DNA of 64,000 nucleotides from Chlorokybus atmophyticus (Eukaryota > Plantae > Mesostigma and Chlorokybus algae). This document shows positions 52,535-63,356 of the stretch, piece after piece (positions within the stretch are counted from its first letter, which is position 1; each line of letters opens with the position of its first letter). Both the position numbers and the translations under genes were made by a program. The stretch spans positions 262,040 to 326,039 of the forward strand of contig RHPI01003642.1 of the NCBI GenBank assembly GCA_009103225.1, given 5' to 3'. The notes under the pieces are model-generated. The model was given only the letters and a program-made list of their open reading frames with translations. It ran no database searches and had not been told where the DNA came from.

Positions 52535-53390
52535 TCAAACCCCCTCCTCCTGTTCCTCCTCCGACGAGTCTTCTGCTTCAACGCCGGAGTCATCTTCATC
52601 CGCTGCCTCGCTCGCTCACAGTACAGCGGCTACTTCATCCTTCAGCTTGAATGTCATCGCCTTGCCGTGCACGCGCATGCGCTTGATGGTCGCTTTGAGA
52701 GTGACCACCTGCATTTGGTAATGCTGTAAGAGTGGCGTGCTGCCAGAGGACTAGCCCATCAGCATACACACGCTTACCTCGTCTTCCGCTTTGTTGCACT
52801 CCGCCAGGCAGACAGTCAGCCTGCCGCGCTGCTCTTGGTTCACTCTGACCAACATGGCAATCTGCAAGCATACTGCTTAATTACCGCTGGAAACATTAAA
52901 CTAGGTCATAGATTACCCGTTCGTTTGACTCCGCAGCTTCTCTTTTGCGACTTGTGAGCTCCCGCAAGTAGAAATAGGCTGTGCATTTGCGAGATTGGTC
53001 ATGCTGTTCATGTGCATGACACTGGAGGTTGTGCATGAGGGTGTGCATGTCGTATTGACAATGTATGTCAAGTGCAAGATACTTGAGGCTATGCATGTGC
53101 AAGATACAAGAACCCTAGCATGTGGCATTGACAGTGCATCGTAACCCACCTTGGTTATGCCAGTCTTGTTTGGTCCCTTCAATCATGTCGCCGTGGTCGC
53201 AGCTGCTGGTGGGTCGGATTTTCTTAGAGGCAGTATTGTGGTGTGCCTTTGCCCACTCGGAGGGGGAGCCCTGTAAGATATCGCCCGAGTCACTGTTGTC
53301 ATTGGATGTGCCCTTGGTAGTCTTGGTGGGGTTTGACACCGAAGACACCCCTCCGGCACCCTGCCCGCCCTGTGCGAACATGGAATTCAT
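52535..53390 (-). pseudogene. Multi-exon hypothetical helical/acidic-tail gene divergent from the transposase, with an in-frame TGA
   Basis: Clean GT-AG exons (..REAAESNER|IAMLVRVNQEQRGRLTVCLAECNKAEDE|HYQMQVVTLKATIKRMR..AAVL*ASEAADEDDSGVEAEDSSEEQEEGV*). TGA at 52616-52618 interrupts a frame that continues into an acidic tail. Confidence 0.45.
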
Positions 53391-53817
53391 CCCGGACCTC
53401 GACTACAATGCCCACTACGCCCCTGGCAGCGCCACCAACGATCTTCCAAACGCCACATACCCTCGGCATCACGCCCCTGTAAGGGCATAGCTTGGCGGAG
53501 CTATCAATGGTGTTTTCATGCGCAGGGGGACTGACATTGCCAGAGTTGTCAATGGTACGAACTGCCATTGCCATTGTACAAAGGTACCATTTCAATGGTA
53601 CCTTTGTACAATGCCTATACCTTTTGGCAAAGGCATCTTCGTACCATTGANAGCCATTGAAACGGTTCAATCAGAATATATATGTATATAAAAAATATCC
53701 AGAGACTCACCCTGGACGTGCAATGGCTCGATCGTACCATTATAATGGTACGACGGAGCCAGTGACTGGCGGCCAAGTTTCCCGCCTCTGGCATGCAAGG
53801 GTAGCGGTAGCGGTGGC

Positions 53818-53849
<32 letters not shown>

Positions 53850-53916
53850 GTGTGCGTGTTGCTGGATATGATGCAGGTTACATTGGCGACACCTGTGTCG
53901 ACGTTAGTAGTGAGAT

Positions 53917-56900
53917 ATGGGAGTCCTTTGTCCGTATTGCCACATGCGCTTCGCCACACGCAGCTCGGTCTACATGCACATTATTAGCAGCAGGGTGTGC
54001 AAGCAGATCAAGCTGTATGTCGGCCAGCGTCCATTACAGTACGATGCGGGTCATGTTGAACCGGGGAGTTCGATCCAGGATGCTCACATGCTTGATGCTG
54101 AAGGATTCCTCCAGGAGACACACGCACAGCAGCAACAGGAGGAGGAGGAAGTGAACGAGGGCTTTCGATGTGTGCGTGTGCCTGAGAAACCTGTGGCACG
54201 CCAACATGGAAGTGGAGGCGTCCCTTCGCACGCGTCGGAATCCAGGTGGTATGGCTCGGAGCATGCTCTTGCAGTGGCATTCGTGCAGTGCAACAACGGC
54301 CAAGGCCTATCGGCCTCCGACATGGGGCGGATCATCAAGTGCATCCGAAATGCACAGTTCCTGACGGAAGAGCTCCAGTGGGAGACCGGTGTGCATGCGG
54401 CCAGCTACCTCCGGACCACGATTGCTTTCTCTCAGTCTGAGGTGTGTTCACGGTGTGCGGTGCATGTGCTTCAACCATCAGAGCCATGTTACATATGCAC
54501 ATGCGAGTGTGCTGCCGTATCAGAACTACGTGACGGCTGGCCTGCGCAAGCCTGGAGACCCTGAGGATCAGGACATCTGCGTCACACATATGCCGGCCAA
54601 GGTCTGTGAAATGCAGTACCTAATGCAATATCGATGCAGTATCTATTCTGAGGCCAGCATAGTAAGTAATGCTCTTGGTCGGAGCAGGTATGGCTCGCGC
54701 GGTTGTATGGCAATCCACATGCCGCCAATGGCTTCAATCTCCAGTACACTGGTGACGAGCACAGCTTTGGCCATCCTTCCACGGGCGATTGGTGGAAGGA
54801 TGTGGAGGTGGATTTGAGGAGAGAGGTGGGGGAAGCGTCCTACTTGGCGCCTGCCATTCTGTACAGTGACAAGACCACGCTGGACAGCGCGGGCAAGCGC
54901 TCTGGCTACCCTCTGATGGCATCGCTTGCCAACTACAGTTGGGACATGTATGCTAGCAACATGGGGGTTGTTATGATAGCGCTTCTGCCGGTGGTTCACG
55001 CAGTGGCCGGGCATCCCACCTGGGCGCAGGGCAAGGAATCGTTCTCCATTCGGAAACGTGAGATTTTTCATGACGCTTTGAATGTAGTGTTAGGGGATGT
55101 GAAGCGGGCGAGTTAGGAAGGTCTGCAGCTCATCGACCCGAATGGCATCGAGCGTCGTGTGTTTCCCGCGCTTGCCAACTACATCAGCGATTTGCAGGTA
55201 GTGGGCATGAATGGTTGTAACCGGATGCAGCCTGCCAGCAAACAGTGCATGGAGGATGTTGTCAGTAGAACATCTGAGTTTGTCGTGTTGTAGGAGACTG
55301 CCACACTCGCACGCACTGTGTCGGGCAACCAAACACGACATCCTTGCGATGTTTGTCTCGTCACCAAATCAGATCTGTTGGAGATGGATGAGGACCGGGA
55401 ATTGAGAACCGAGGCCTTCTACACACCAGCAATACGTCAGCTGCGGGCGGACCTGCATAGCGGTGTTAGGAATGCACGCCAGACAGCCAAGGCTTTCAAA
55501 GAGCAGCACTCCATGCATGTCGAGGAGGTAATGGTCAAATTACCGGCATTCGTGAGGATGAATGGCTTTCCGTGAAACCAGGCAATGTGGTTTGGCAACA
55601 GAATGCACTGTGGGGTTGGCGACAGTCGCGGGTGCCGGGAGCTGACTGCTACTCTCGTCTTGCCCCTGACGCAATGCATGTGCTGGGAGGCATCATTGAC
55701 CACCTGCTTGCTGCTGTGTACGACGCCGCGAAGGAACGAATGCGTCCATCCACGAGACAGATTCTGCAGGCCAGGCACGTCTTTGGTGTTGCTTTTGTGT
55801 TGAACACAAAAGCCAACAACACGTGCTCACGAGCAGATGTGCACAGGCTGAATGCATGCAAGGCGACTCTGCGGGTTTCGCACTTCAAGGCACCCACAAG
55901 CACAGTAGATTTCTTCCTGTCCGACCACTCCTTTCAGGTGGTGGAGAAAGTGGCGGTGCTGCAGCTGCTGCCGGTCCTCGCAGACGGTTTGCTGCTCGAC
56001 AGTGAGGGCAACGATTTCTTCACCATTGCTGCCGCATCGCTTGCCCAGTGGAACAAGAAGTTGCTGAAGGCGCATGAACACACAAGAGAGACCCTGACCA
56101 CAGCCGACAACGAGCTGGCTGCCTTCAAAGCTGCAGTGTTGCATCCGCTACTGTCGTCATATTCTGCACAGAAGTCAGGTTGGAAGATCGAGAAGATGCA
56201 TCAGCTCACTCATTTTGGGCCGGCAATTGTCAGCAGTGGACACCCAGATTGGTTCAGCGCCAACCGCATGGAGCAGACGCACGCCCAAAATATCAAACGG
56301 TGGGCGCGTGGTGGCAACAACCGGGACTACCAGGCACGTATCCTGAAGGCATGGAGCTGTGCGGAATATGTGAGAGAGGATGGCATGGTCGTGGATCCCG
56401 AGATGCGCTCGGTCATGGCGCAGGCGCGGCAGCAGTGCTGTAATGTCATGGAGAAGACGGACAAGTTGCTACGGATGGATGTGCTGACAAGGAGGGAGTC
56501 CAGCCCGTACTGGAGCGGATCTGCGCGTAGCCGCCAAGTCGCCTTGAAGACTCCATTTGCCGACAAGCTGCCTGCCACCCTGGACAGCTGGTTGAGGAGG
56601 GAACAACTGGAGTTGGCCGACGGGTGGCGTGCTGTTCGCGTGGTGAACGGAGGCGCAGCGGTGTACATGACATCAGGAGTCAGCATGGCGCGCGCAACTG
56701 GGATGTTCCATGGGCGGCCTTGGTTCTCTACACTTGAGTTGGAAGGTGATGAGGACGGTGTGAACGTGACGTGGTGGGCTCAGGCACTCCTTTTTCTGCG
56801 CGTGGTGGTGTGGGGTGGTAGCGGCGAGCGCGTGTGGAAGGAGGTCGTGTTTGTCCGCTGGTACACGAAGCTGGATGTGACGAGCGACACAAAGTGCATC

Positions 56901-57059
56901 GCTCTGGAATGGGAAAAGCGTCGAGGCGGTCCACATCTCGATGTCGTGACTCTGGAGCAAGTAAAAGGCATTGTCCAGCTGCTCCCCATGTTTGACAAGG
57001 ACAGCGCCCGTGTACAAGAGGGCAAGTATTGGGTGAACGTTCACTGCACTTCCACGTGA
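53917..57059 (+). CDS. Plavaka-family transposase with N-terminal C2H2-like zinc finger; one in-frame TAG (55114-55116)
   Basis: CPYCHMRF...HIISSRVC (zinc finger); TGDWW...APAILYSDKTTLDSAGKRSGYPLMASLAN; IFHDALN; ALANYISDLQ|E; PCDVCLV; PDAMHVLGG; KMHQLTHFGPAIVSSG..WFSANRMEQTHAQNIK. This is the Plavaka motif order as recalled. GT-AG introns e.g. 54442-54522 and 54601-54688. Confidence 0.8.
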
Positions 57060-57262
57060 CACATGTACTTGTCTCACTACTCTGAGTTTGGAGCATATCA
57101 GTCAGTTAGGCATTGCTAATCGTATGCTAAGACTTTTGCATGTGGACGTGTACAATACCGGGCAGCTGTCACTGCACAACTGTCACCACAATCGAATGAT
57201 CCATGCAACATTCAACAATCAGTCCGCCGTGTGGCATTAAGCATCAATACAGTGCACCACAC

Positions 57263-58991
57263 TCAAGCCTCATAGTTCCATGACACAGGAGGGTAGTCAC
57301 AGCGCATATCCATTGTTTCAAGCATGAGACGCCCTATGCACTCCGCCATTGCGGGAGGAACTGCATTCGCTATGGAAACGGCCGAGGTCATCCATGGCAC
57401 TCCCAGCGCTGTTTGCCACGCAGCAATGCCGCCCCTGGTGCTTGGAAGGCCATAGACCGGGTACATCTGCTGTGGCGCGTTTGATGTCACGATTGTCTTC
57501 TTCGCGCTAGCGGACAGGTGCGGCGATAGCAGTCCAACTGCCTTGCCCGCGTGCGAGCAGCGTGCTGGTGGGGTAGCTACCACTGGCTGTGTCTCAAACA
57601 GACGGTGTCGGAAAGTTGATAGGCCAAACATCGTGCCACAAAGGGACAGATTGGGTCTGAATGAGGAAGCTGCTCCTGGCACATTCTCAATCACAAACTT
57701 GACCTGGCTTGCAAGCAGCAGACGTCGGACGAGCGGTATCATATCCTGGTGTCTCCAGGATGTGCCATGTGCCGCCCGTTGAGGTGCCGGGATAGCACCT
57801 GAATAGGCCTGGCATGGTGGACTGGCCCAGATGAGCTCGTACTCGCTCAGCTCTCCTGCACTCAGGGTGCATACATCGCGGTGTATGAAGGGCAGCGGGT
57901 ACTCAGAGGAGGGACTTATGTCCATCCCGGTCACGTCAAAGCCTGCGTGGTATAGACCGACACTGGCACCGCCACCGCCGCAGAATAGGTCGAGTGCCCT
58001 TGGTCTGCGTGTGCGTCCCAGCTTGTTGTCAAATGGCGTGTATGTGGTCAAGGCTGGCCGTGGTGCTGGCCAGGGACTAACAATGATGCCGTCCGGGCTT
58101 ACTTTGCGACTGACGTTCTCCCCTCCGGCGCGCAGAACATGGCGTGCCCCGTCAACTGATGTGTACGCGAATACGTTGTGCCCTTTGAAGTTGATGGTTT
58201 GTGGTCGATCACCGTCATCGAATACTATACGGTGCTGCCCTGCAAAGACATTTTCCATTGCACCATGCATATATGATGCGTCCTCAATCTCGCACGCCAC
58301 GAAGCGATGCTGACCTGACGCTTGCTTGAATGATTCCACAACGCCCGCATACCATTCCCCATCCAGCGGCCAATGCACCATGACACTCACACCGATCAGC
58401 TGCTCGCATCCCAACTTAACTGCGTTCCGCAGCCGATGCAGTGCGCTGTCCAACGGTCGATGGTCTGCCTCCTCTACAGCGGCCAGGGGATGGAACTGCC
58501 CACGCCCACACCGTGCAAGACTGCTCTGAATGCGACAACAGCTTCAACATGCATGAAATAAGCATACGCCCAACATAACATGCAGTGATACGTCGCGGTC
58601 CACTCTTGTGGATTACCTCCACAGCATCCACCACCTGTCCACTAACCACATGTCCCGGTGTTGTCCATGTGAAGAAGCGCATGGGTTCCCCTCGCCACTC
58701 GAAGCATGAGCGCGAGCACGATTCGCACACGCACTGCACGCAATGGAAAAACTCGGGTTCCTTGCACAGCACTTGGCCGAGGCGGCAGCCAAACACGTCG
58801 ACATTGTGTGTGGTGTGATGCCAGCAAGCAGCACTAAAACCGTGGCACACTGTCTGCACTCGCTGGCATTCGGTCAAGTGTGCTCGCATTTGCTGCCTAC
58901 GGCCATTGGCACATACGTACGCATTGCATTGTGGGCACACCAAGCATGGTCTCCTAGGTGAGGGTGATTCAACTGCTGCCGCCGACATCAT
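57263..58991 (-). CDS. Zinc finger + Tudor + C5 cytosine DNA methyltransferase (phage/bacterial-type catalytic domain)
   Basis: Motif I DLFCGGGG, IV ASPPCQAYS, VI VIENVPG, LCGTMFGL, VIII RHRLFE, X ANAVPPAMAECIG. Tudor-like IGVSVMVHWPLDGEWYAGVVESF..G|QHRIVFDDGD. N-terminal CPQC..RAHLTEC. Introns 58526-58616 and 58240-58314. No stop in the catalytic exon. Confidence 0.9.
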
Positions 58992-59473
58992 GCAAAATAG
59001 GAATCGGCACGGCTGCCCACAAACTGAGCGAGACTTTAGGGTATGGGCATCAATTTAGGGTTGCCAGCTTACGAACCCTAAATGGGTCAAACTTCAAGTG
59101 AAGCACGACTGTACCTTATACGCTATTGCAGTACCATGCATGGTACTACATCAACATGAATGGTACTCTATCTGTTAATGGTACTACAGTACAAGGATAC
59201 TCGCATACTACCACGATCGTAGAGTAATACTGTGCTGTCATGCCATGGAACCCAGAGCGCTGTCCGAGTTTGTTGCTGTCAACCACGCTCTAAACCAGCG
59301 AGGTATGCAAGCCATGCACTGACTCATGCGCCGGGCAGTCATCATACACATGTACAGCCAATGCTTCTAAAACAGCAGATATCTTGTGCACCATGCACCA
59401 TGCTGCAACTATACATGTACCTACATGGTGCACAGGAAGCCAACACAAAACTACAATACATGCACAATTGGCA

Positions 59474-61352
59474 TCAAGGCGGGGGCCAAATCACCGCCGA
59501 CACGTTGGCGTCTTGCATCATGCGTGGCGACCAAAACGGGTGAGGTTGCTTGCAGAGTGGACACGCTTGTAGATTCTTTGATTTATTTGCCACAGTCTTC
59601 TGATGTGCTATGATGCAGACATGGCACATCGCTTTTTTGCAACAGGGCGTCTCCCCATCCGCTGGGGGGGGTGGCTCTTCAATGCGACAAATCAGCACAC
59701 ATGGTGCACGCGGGTGTGCAAGCTGCCTCTGCCACCAAACTCTGTTATCGCATCGCAGGCGTAGCGACTCCCATCAAAATGGCGCAGCATAACGCTCCAC
59801 TGCCTACTCGATCACCTGACGCCCATCTGCCGCCATACACCACCTGCTGGTCTTGGTGGTCTCGTCCAGCATGCGTTCATCCAGGCCCTCAACATGGCTG
59901 TCGTCACTCGTGTACTCCCCCGCATCGTCATTTTCTTCGAGCTTCCACAGAATCAGCTCGACGTGCCGTATGACATACTGCCACTGCCAGCCAAAGCATG
60001 CCAAGTACAGCTCGAATGGTTTTACTTGCCACCCAGCATGTTTGCTCAGGTAGTGGCACACATCTCGACCCGCATTAATCGACATCGACAGGTACATCTG
60101 CTGCAGCAGGTCGAAGTTCTGCTCCGCAGATAGCTCTTGCACATTGCCGGGGTGCTGCGGCAGCAACAACACCATCATATCGAGGACGGCGAGGGGCAAC
60201 AACGTACTACGGATGGCCATATCGTGTATGGGTTCCAACCACGGCCAATCCCCAGAGGTCTGTTTAGACCGCATTCTCCGCGTTTGCTCCCACTTATTGC
60301 AAACTTTCGTCACCCACCTCGAGGCATGCCGCATGCGGTGATGCAGCGCGTCTTGGGCGTACTGTAGGGTGATCAACTCCTTTGCACTACGAGTCAGCCC
60401 CCCAAAGCGTCTGCGCGTCGGTGCTTTGAGCTTAGGCAGCTCGTGCCGCACCGGCTGTCTCTCTGGACGATGCTGAGCAGCCACTTGACGCTGTAAACCC
60501 GCCTGTGCCTACTCAGGACACGCAGTCAGCCCCAGTGAGGCTTCAAGGCACTGTGCTTCTTCTAATGTTGTAACGATGCCTCACCTTTCCTTTTTTGGTC
60601 CTGTCAGCGTCCTTTGTTCCAACAACCTTCTTCTTTTTTTTTTTGTCACCCTGCACATCCTGGCAGGCGCTCTCCGTGGCACTGTCACTCAGAGGAGGTA
60701 AGGCGTTATCTTCTTGCTCCACAGCCTTGCGCTTGTTGGTTGCCTCCCGTTCCTCCACGACCTCATGTTGCTTCATGAGGTCGAGCATGAAGCCTTTGTC
60801 TTTCAGCGCAGCTTTCAGGACACCTCGATCAATCTCTTTACCAACAAGACAGGCTGGGATCAATGTGGCAAGCTTTGAGGGAGAGGGCGAGCTACAGCTG
60901 CTTCTTGATGGGAATGCCTCCGGATGGTCAGAGTGCGGTGGCAAGTGAGTCTCCGCGGCAGGAAGGGAGGGTGCTGAATTGGGATTGCGAGCATGTGGCT
61001 GTGGTTGAGGGGAGGCAAGATGTGCAGAACACTCGGCTACTTCTTGCCTAGCACACGAAGGCGAGGCCTGAGGCGTTGGCGCAGCACTCTGGGTCACAGC
61101 CGGTGGTAGCGGGGAATTGGCAACGCCATGCCGCCACTCTCCGATCAGGTGTGTTACCTCCGGTGGCACTTCATGCATAGGCCACGACCACTGTTCGGTG
61201 CTTGCAGGCTTGAGGAGCCAAAAGTGTGCTTCTGGCTCATCAGGAGCAGTGTTGCCCACCACCAGGACTGAGTTGGGGGCTTCTTTATTTCCAACCCAAA
61301 CTGCGCTGCCGGGCCGTGGCACCCACTCCCCATGCTCGCGCTGAACGGTCAC
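59474..61352 (-). CDS. Hypothetical nuclear protein with C-terminal RING-like finger and basic NLS-like tract; 5' part lost in gap
   Basis: ORF blocks 60543-61352 (PRPGSAVWV.., KKKKKK), 59804-60484 and 59474-59725 (CVLIC..TPCCKKAMCHVC..ACPLC) joined by plausible GT-AG introns. Confidence 0.55.
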
Positions 61353-61361
61353 GCAGCCAAT

Positions 61362-62225
61362 NNNNNNNNNNNNNNNNNNNNNNNNNNNNNNNNNNNNNNN
61401 NNNNNNNNNNNNNNNNNNNNNNNNNNNNNNNNNNNNNNNNNNNNNNNNNNNNNNNNNNNNNNNNNNNNNNNNNNNNNNNNNNNNNNNNNNNNNNNNNNNN
61501 NNNNNNNNNNNNNNNNNNNNNNNNNNNNNNNNNNNNNNNNNNNNNNNNNNNNNNNNNNNNNNNNNNNNNNNNNNNNNNNNNNNNNNNNNNNNNNNNNNNN
61601 NNNNNNNNNNNNNNNNNNNNNNNNNNNNNNNNNNNNNNNNNNNNNNNNNNNNNNNNNNNNNNNNNNNNNNNNNNNNNNNNNNNNNNNNNNNNNNNNNNNN
61701 NNNNNNNNNNNNNNNNNNNNNNNNNNNNNNNNNNNNNNNNNNNNNNNNNNNNNNNNNNNNNNNNNNNNNNNNNNNNNNNNNNNNNNNNNNNNNNNNNNNN
61801 NNNNNNNNNNNNNNNNNNNNNNNNNNNNNNNNNNNNNNNNNNNNNNNNNNNNNNNNNNNNNNNNNNNNNNNNNNNNNNNNNNNNNNNNNNNNNNNNNNNN
61901 NNNNNNNNNNNNNNNNNNNNNNNNNNNNNNNNNNNNNNNNNNNNNNNNNNNNNNNNNNNNNNNNNNNNNNNNNNNNNNNNNNNNNNNNNNNNNNNNNNNN
62001 NNNNNNNNNNNNNNNNNNNNNNNNNNNNNNNNNNNNNNNNNNNNNNNNNNNNNNNNNNNNNNNNNNNNNNNNNNNNNNNNNNNNNNNNNNNNNNNNNNNN
62101 NNNNNNNNNNNNNNNNNNNNNNNNNNNNNNNNNNNNNNNNNNNNNNNNNNNNNNNNNNNNNNNNNNNNNNNNNNNNNNNNNNNNNNNNNNNNNNNNNNNN
62201 NNNNNNNNNNNNNNNNNNNNNNNNN
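61362..62225. other. Assembly gap (864 N)
   Basis: Run of N. Smaller gaps at 53651, 62691-62700 and 63158. Confidence 1.
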
Positions 62226-62485
62226 TGTTGCAGAAAGCGAGCCACCAAGCAGCTCTCTGTGTGAAGATGGTCTTTAATGGCTTGCCTGCTGGTTTGTCCA
62301 ATGTTGGTGATGCATGTTGGACAGCCCCATTGCTGACGCCTGCCATGATCCATGACGTGGCGACCGGTAGTAGCTGGCTTCGCTGCTTGAACTCACGACC
62401 ACAACTTCTCGCAAGATGTGCCACGCCGCCGCCGCCGCCGCCGCCTCCTCCGACTCCTGATCGAACCCAGGCCCATCAAGCCTGA
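62226..62485 (+). other. ORF fragment with USP Cys-box-like motif
   Basis: PAGLSNVGDACWTAPLL resembles the GLxNxGNTCY/W motif of ubiquitin-specific proteases. Fragment abuts the gap. Confidence 0.25.
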
Positions 62486-63356
62486 CATTCGACCCGTCAT
62501 CGACCTGGTGCCCCTGCGTACCATCATCCGGCCATCAATGAAGCGTGTTTGGGTGAGTGCATGCTAACTCACATTTGGGCTGATCGAGCAATGCCTCTGT
62601 CGTACCATGGATGGTACGATAGAGCCATTGTACGGCAATCGCTGGGGTTGGACGAGAGATGCCTCTGTCGTACCATTGATGTTACGACACNNNNNNNNNN
62701 TGAGCCATGGGCACATCATGCGCCACTGCCCCAATGGACATGTCGGGATTCAACAGGCCAACATGCATGTTAAACTGATGCCGCATTGCCGCCGCGCCCA
62801 TCAGCAAGTGGGATTGAAGGACCAGTTGATGGGATTGAATTCAGGCTTGCATAGGAGCTTCAACAGGACTTAGTGCACTGTGGTGCTGTCAACCAATATC
62901 ATGTGGGTTAGCTGCATGCTTGCGACACTGCAATTGCAATAGTTAACTGCGTCACACCGTCATCAGTTGGTTGCTTCGAACAGTCACCTGCGGCATTGCT
63001 GGTTGATGCACGAATGATTGCATGGACTGCGTCATTGCTGGTTGATGCACTATTGGTTGAATGCCGGACGAATGGCCACGCGCTCCTGTGCTCAAACCCA
63101 GCCTACTTCGTTCGGCACGCGCGCGCGACTTCGCACGCTCACGCACATCCTAGCATGNTAGATTGCATGCGTTCTTGATGCACTGTGCACGTTGTTTCTT
63201 GCTCAACTTCTAACTGGGATGCGAGCTTCTATCATGACTAGCACAGTGACTCACTGCATGCGTTCTAGATACACTGTGCACGTTGTTCTTCTTTTGCAAC
63301 TGTGAGGGTTCCATCTTTCATGGCTGACAGCATGACTCATGTGGTTGTGCTTGCAG

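Noticed and set aside
19755-55116. Alternative genetic code or stop readthrough as an explanation for in-frame TGA/TAG
   Set aside because: Conserved housekeeping genes (RPN2, UTP18, PAT, CTDSP) read normally and end in TAA/TAG/TGA. The in-frame stops are confined to decaying loci.
55084-55116. 33-nt GT-AG micro-intron that would remove the transposase stop
   Set aside because: Much shorter than other introns here, and it would delete a segment expected in the fold. A nonsense mutation is more parsimonious, though not excluded without RNA data.
61226-62485. 300-400 aa ORFs spanning the gap
   Set aside because: Length is an artefact of N runs containing no stop codons.
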